64,000 nucleotides of DNA from Octopus vulgaris. Taxonomy: Eukaryota. This document shows, one piece after another, positions 57,427-64,000 of the stretch (the first letter of the stretch is position 1; each line of letters begins with the position of its first letter). The translations under genes were made by a program, and so were the position numbers. Below the pieces are notes generated by a model, which saw only the letters and a list, made by a program, of their open reading frames with translations, made no database searches and had not been told where the DNA came from. The DNA is taken from contig OX597819.1 of assembly GCA_951406725.2 (NCBI GenBank), positions 20,026,001-20,090,000 of the forward strand, read 5' to 3'.

Positions 57427-58336
57427 CATGAGGGCATTCAAAACTTACTGGACTAGTAATGTTTAAAAAAATAAATAGCTGAAATAAACTTTTAATATCA
57501 TCCTCTTCGAAATTGTCACCTTGCACAGCAATACACCGATCTCAGCGTTCCCGCCATTTTTGCAATCCAGCATGGAGGTTGTTTGCCGTAAACGAGTCGA
57601 GGACCTTCAGCGATTCGCTCTTGTTCTCGACAACGGTGTTCAAGCGGTGGCCTTTCAACTGCATTTTTCATCTTAGGGAACAAATAAAAGCCCGCAGATG
57701 CTACTCTAGAGCGGGTGCTGAAGCTATACCATGTTGTTTTTGGCGCTAAGCTCACGACTAGCGATAGCTCAGTGACAGGGTGCGTTATTGTCGTGAACAA
57801 ACCGATTCCTCACGCTCCACAGATCTGGTTGCTTTCTCCGAGTGTCCCCAAACCTCAAACGTTTCCAAACATCGTTGATTGTCCTCCAACGATCCTCATG
57901 CACAAACTGATGAATTATCTCCACATTTTCGTGCGTGACGCAAGTGCCAAGACTTCCAGATCGCTCATCATCTTCCGGGGACGTTCATCCTCTTTTCAGG
58001 CAATTGTGCAAATCGAAACATTGCGTACGATCCATTGCCTCGTCGCTGTGAGCTTGTCGAAGCATACTTCATGTTTCTGTTACAGATTTCCAAGTTTAAC
58101 ACCAAATTTCACGTTAACTCTTTGTTCCAACTCTTTGTTCCTGTCCATGACAAAATCGCCGACTACATCATACACGTGATAACAAAACCCCAAATTTCAT
58201 AACCTGCGGACTAAACACAGCAATGTCGCATGGCTTACCGCCTCATAAAGGTCACTGCTAGTTCACACTGCGCACTCAACCATGTGCTATCAACTGCTGG
58301 CACGTTACAGGACTAGTTCAGGAGCTTCTTGAAACA
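57427..58336 (-). mobile_element. Mariner transposon remnant, internally deleted
   Basis: Minus strand: EDDERSG, RRKQPDLW, HDNNAPCH, FYLFPKMK..LKGHR, KWRER*DRCIAVQGDNFE; imperfect TIRs (ttcaaaacttactggactagt / actagttcaggagcttcttgaa). Confidence 0.85.
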
Positions 58337-59074
58337 TAATATTTAGAGCGAATACGTAATATTTGGAGCGAAGTCTCTAATAACGAACGGAATTCAAGTT
58401 CTTCTTCTTTGGTGAGGATTTGGTGAAGCGTGGTTCAAACACCATTTAGCATCCTGTCATGTCGTTTCTGTGTGCATTTTGCTCTTCCTGTTTGCGATAT
58501 TAGATACAAATCTATGCAGCGTGTACAAATGATTTACACTATATATTTCTCTATAATAAATATATTGAGTTTTAATATGCATGTACACTATATAAAATAT
58601 TGACTATTTTTATACTAACCCTACACAGGTTCCATTATATTTCTATCTCCATTTAATGCAGAAGAATTGTACTATATCTAGAGTACCGAATGACGTTGAA
58701 TTTTAAACAGAAATTTAATCATTGCGATCTCTATATGACAACAAGAAACAACAGCAGCAAAAGAAAAAGAACATATTTAGCTAAATATTATGTTTGATTT
58801 ACAAACAATGGTTAAGGCTATAATTTCTTATTATCTTGCTACAAAGACTTCACTATTTGATATTCACAGAACATTCAATAGAATTGTAAATACTGATTAC
58901 TCCCTGCTGAACATTATGAATATATATCATATTTTCATATCAATCATCTCCAGATTCGTCATTTGATTTGAAAATATTACACTCAACGGCTTTCAGTATC
59001 AAATTACATTAACAATACATCAACATAGTTTGGAGATTTTATTTCATACATACATACATACATACATACATACT

Positions 59075-59137
<63 letters not shown>

Positions 59138-60403
59138 ATATACACATATATACATACACGAGTGTATGTGTATTTCGTATTTTTTCTGGTATCTAAATTT
59201 AAATAAAATAAATTTAACATGTGATGTCGAGCTTAATCCTGCCAGGAGCACGTTGCATTGTTCTTAGCTTGCAGCTGCGATTAGTTCTCTTTTTTTTTCC
59301 TTTCTACAGGTTCCAGCTCTCTCAACCGTATGTGACAGTAATAAACATTTATTGAATATACACTCCATTAGAAAAACATTTCGATATCTCACTTGAACTT
59401 AATATTATATTGATGGAAGAGACACTTCAATATTGAATGCAGAGGGGAAACATGTGACACGGAACTTCTAGATGGCGCAGAAGCAGTCGAAGTGTAATAA
59501 GAAATGCCACATGCGCGATTACAATAGAATACAATGGTCTTGAGAGTAACCAACTTGAAACCCAGAAATTATAATCGAAACTAGACTCAGCAACCTTGTG
59601 AATCGAACACTGTATATGCTGAATGTGGACGATCTATGTGGAAATATTACACGTATAATACTTATACATGGGTCTACAATAGTACGTAGATGGTACTACA
59701 AACAGAATGAGTAATTATTAACTTCTTTTACTGTCATAAAATGTCCTTCTGACATTCTGCCAATTGCCATGTTTTAAATGCGTTCAACCTACTTCTTTGT
59801 TTATAGTTACTTACGTTACATTGGCCGTATAATCATAACCGTATAATGCAGATATAAATCATCACCGTATAATAAAGATACGAATAGAATCTCATGTAGT
59901 TTGAATTTCAGTACAGCGTTGTGGGACTGAATAAATTTCGGATGTGAATTATTAAGTCATAGGCAAGAACAACTCCAGAGTGAGTCGCAATGTCTAGGAA
60001 ATGCCTACATCTAACAACAGTTAGAAGAAGATACTTTGATCAGTGATTTTAGAATTTTACCACGTGACTCAGTACTGCAGTTTCAGCAATAAATTTTAGT
60101 GGAATACGTATATGCAAACATATGCACGCGCGAACACACACGCAAGCGCACACACAGGTTCTGACTAAAAACGCAATATAAACCTACATGAAAACAGATT
60201 TGTATGCGTTTGAGAATGCATTTCTTTATCTCAGTCTCTCCTTTCCTTCTCATGAACCTTATTAATATTTTTCTTTTGCTTCATTTTCGTCCCTTGTTTA
60301 TTCATAGAATTAAAAGTTGAAATGAAATAGAGAATCACAGGAATTTGATGAGATAATTTATATTCTTATCGTAATCATTTACCAACGTCATACTCTTGTA
60401 TTT

Positions 60404-60785
60404 GGAGGCGCAATGGTCCAGTGGTTAGGGCAGCGGACTCGCGGTCATAGGATCGCGGTTTCGATTCCCAGATCGGGCGTTGTGAGTGTTTATTGAGCGA
60501 AAACACCTAAAGCTCCACGAGGCTCCGGCAGGGGATGGTGGTGATCCCTGCTATACTCTTTCACCACAACTTTCTCTCACTCTTACTTCCTGTTTCTGTT
60601 GTACCTGTATTTCAAGGGGCCGGCCTTGTCACTCTCTGTGTCACGCTGAATATCCCCGAGAACTACGTTAAAGGTACACGTGTCTGTGGAGTGGTCAGCC
60701 ACTTACACGTTAATTTCACGAGCAGGCTGTTCCGTTGATTCGGATCAACTGGAACCCTCGTCGTCGTAACCGACGGAGTGCTTCC
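60404..60785 (+). mobile_element. tRNA-derived SINE family C, full length
   Basis: Near-identical to the 52926 copy; 12-bp TSD actcttgtattt (60392-60403, 60786-60797). Confidence 0.93.
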
Positions 60786-60999
60786 ACTCTTGTATTTAAC
60801 ATACAACCTTATCTGTACACATCGATAAATAATTTATGACAGACTAGAGTTGATGCATTAAAAAATACATTCATGCAATTTTTGACATTTAACAGGTTGC
60901 TCACTCAGATAGTTGGGAGAAATTACGTAAGTCATTTAATGGTTTCAAAATTTCGAACAAGAAACAACCGTGGGTTCAAAGACCATATAGTATATACAT

Positions 61000-61720
61000 C
61001 AGGATCCATAAAACTAAACGGCACCACAACACCTTATGGTTCGTTCCTCGCACTCCTTAATCGTCCGGTCATGCGTAGGTAAGATTTTTCTTAGGTTGGT
61101 GGATAAGCATTTCACCCGATCACACAAATATAGAAAGATTTTTAACAGTCATAATATAAAGATATCTTTCAGTTGTGCACCCAATGTTAAGAAATCATTA
61201 CTTAGTACTCACAAACCACGGACAGAGGCAGGTTGTTGATGCAAGATTAGATATGATTGCCCAGTGGACGGCCGATGTAACACCGAGGCTACAGTGTACC
61301 AAGCAAAGGTAGCGTCAAAAAAGAGCAGCACAAATAACAGTAACATCAATGCCAACGCAGGTTCACACACTAAAATTTATGTCGGATGTTGTGAATCCAA
61401 GTTTAAAATTCGCCTGAACAACCACATACCTTCTTTCAGGGTGCCGGAGAGACTCAACACAACGAAACTCGCAGCATACGTATGGTGCCTCAAGGCCGAT
61501 CATACGCCCTTTAACATCATGTAGAAATTACTAGAAACTTGTGGACACTATCGCAACAGAACGAGGACATGTAATTTGCGTATGGCAGAAAGAACTTACA
61601 TGAGCCAGGAGGCTACCTGAACATTTTCGGAAATTTTTACTTCTAAACTGGAAAAACTAGCTATCAAGCGAAGGAAGACAACTCGCCCGACCATGAATTT
61701 TTAGCGGAATAATTCTTCAA
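61000..61720 (+). mobile_element. Naiad-type Penelope-like element fragment (linker + GIY-YIG endonuclease)
   Basis: VGKIFLRLVDKHF..HKYRKIFN...KISFSCAPN, C*CKIRYDCPVDGRC, VYQAKV, KIYVGCCESKFKIRLNNH..SF, TKLAAYVW.LK, CNL. Confidence 0.85.
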
Positions 61721-61858
61721 CCACCAACGGCATTCTTGCGTTTTTTTAAAACTATTCTTTGCAGAGAACAGTTATCGTTTAGAGAAACAGAAGATATGTC
61801 TAGTTCACACTTCATATGAAACCAACGGTATTTCTCTAAAACTGTTACTTTAACATAA

Positions 61859-61915
<57 letters not shown>

Positions 61916-62082
61916 CAAAACTTACTTGGAGTAGATGAAACGAAACGAAAAGGAATCGAATCGACGCGAGGGCGCTCAGTCATACAATAGTGTAATAAAT
62001 AAAATATATGCATACATACATACATATATATACGTACCTACATCTACATGTATATATACATGCATATATAAATATATATACG

Positions 62083-62330
62083 TGAGTACAGGACACCACA
62101 ATAGACGTAGAACTCAACGAGAAACGAAAACGTAAATACAAACGTGGAAACGGACCTAAACGAAATAAACAGAGTACAAGACAAACTACACAAGGAAAAA
62201 TCCCCTTCATCAGCTGTCCCTAGTTCAACTCCAGCATGTTTCGAAGGTTGGACAGAACACGACTCGTGGAACAAGTCCTTCCTGCGAAGGAATTAAATAA
62301 AATTACTTCGCAGAGGGGCAAAATCAAGGA
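62083..62330 (-). mobile_element. Short non-coding element, possibly a Penelope-like pLTR
   Basis: Minus strand: ccttcGAAAC...CTGATGAagggg followed by a U-rich tract ending in (TA)n, like the pLTR ends at 39300 and 44200. Confidence 0.4.
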
Positions 62331-63177
62331 AAGTTAAACATGTGACACAAAAACGATACAAAATAAAATTACAAAAAATAAAAATACAGAATAAAATTAC
62401 AAGTACGAAAAATACAATCCAAGAAATAAAACAAACAAAAAACAGACAATGAGGGCCTTAATGCTGGCCTACACGAGGAAAGATTCTAACACTTTGATGG
62501 CAGAGATAAAATATGCCCGGCTTAGGGGTCTGAAAAATATTGTACCACTATCTTCTTGTTGGCATACGTTGTGTAGGAATTCCTGTTGTTATTGTTGATG
62601 TTGTTTGTGTTTATCGCCACACCAAGCACAATCTAGCTGGTCTATTAACAAAAAATTTTTAAAAAAGGTTTTCAGCTGAGATCAAACAGGTCCGTAACTA
62701 TCAAAGATAATACTGTCCAGTACGACTCTCTATTTTAGACGGCATCAAGATATTGATGGAAGATTTCCTGCATGTCCAGCAACACTGAAGAGGCTCAGTC
62801 ATTTGTTTGGTCACGTGGATGTTGATAAATGCATTTAGAATACTAAAATGCACATGGACGTAAACATATTTCTGTGCAGTGTTTCCCAGCATGTGTTTCG
62901 TTGTGAGGAACCGAATAATTCAGAACTTAACGTGTAGATCCAGCTGTGAGGCGCAATGGGGCAAGGGTTTTTTACTGAAGTGTCTCACCCTGACTCACAT
63001 GCGGAAAGAGAATCTGAGTTCATGGATGCAGCGTGGAAAAATTTCGGATGATGTATATAACCAACGAAACTTGAGTGTAGCATTAAGAGTACACCTGTCT
63101 GTGGAGTATTCAGTCCTTTCGTACTCTAATTCAAGCGGGGAGTCTTTTATTAGACAAGCAGTTGACAAGGCACATAT

Positions 63178-63469
63178 GTTAGTTAGTTAGTTAATCTGGC
63201 TCAAAAGCAAATAGCAAGGCCATGTAGGGGGACATGGAGTTAAGTACAGGGTGGTGTTCATGTAAAGAGTTCAGGCCACTTGAGGTCCAGGGAGGCTTTG
63301 AACAAAGCGGTCGTCGGCATCTTCACCATCTCGTCTGGCAGCTTGTTCCACGGATCCGCAACCCGGACGGAGAAAGCTCCTCTCCTTCGATTGAGATGAA
63401 ATCGTCGCAGGTAGAGCTTTTCGGAATGACCCCGCAGCCGACGCTCTGGAGCAGGAGTGAAGAACAGCT
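63178..63469 (-). mobile_element. 5'-truncated 3' copy of the CR1 LINE at 227-2903
   Basis: Near-identical to 227-523 (one coding substitution, small UTR differences), with (TAAC)n tail. Confidence 0.95.
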
Positions 63470-64000
63470 TTGTTTCTCACTTTCTCATGCGCCATCTTTG
63501 AATACACAAACATATAATCACGGACGCGAAATGGCGGTCAAATATATATATATATATGCATGCACACAAACACACATAAACACTCACAAACACATACACG
63601 CACCATCAATGCCGTGCTGTTACGGTTTCGCTGGTAAATCGCAGCAGATTCCAATCATGAGAAAAAGTATAGATTTAGATTCAATGTGTGTATGCATGTT
63701 TGTGTGTTTTCTTGCCTGTTTGTGTATGTGTATGTGTGTGGAGGGGCTCTATGTGCCTGGCTAAACGTAAACGTAGCTTTAATGCAAGCCTTATTGCTAA
63801 GGCATGGATACGCCAACGTTCTCACCTCCTATAAAATTGCCAAGGGTCTTGTATTTATCCGCCCTCATCTGACGTCCCTCTACATACTTACATCCCCCAT
63901 CATAAACTCTTGTGTGATATATCAAATACTCATTCCTCTTTTCCTCTCCTTAAACCATCTGCCGTTCAGAATCACTCCTCTGCAACTTCACCTCATAATT

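Overview
AT-rich, microsatellite-laden animal genomic DNA, most likely octopus (inferred from the tRNA-derived SINE families and repeat landscape; not database-checked). No host protein-coding gene can be supported, and nearly all long ORFs in the track are microsatellite read-throughs. The window is a dense retroelement patchwork: a near-intact CR1-type LINE plus a 3' sister copy, an RTE LINE, an RT-deleted L1/Tx1-like LINE, two R4/Dong-type fragments, Neptune- and Naiad-type Penelope-like fragments, two Tc1/mariner remnants and three tRNA-derived SINE families. The most interesting signals are RNA-level. (1) An HDV-like ribozyme fold begins at the first base of the RTE. (2) Minimal hammerhead-like motifs with a shared CUGU core variant lie in the Neptune 3' ends. 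(3) One SINE family forms head-to-tail multimers with a fixed internal re-entry junction and shares its 3' tail with the Tx1-like LINE. (4) Several long perfect hairpins and inverted repeats are present. Coordinates of degenerate elements are approximate.
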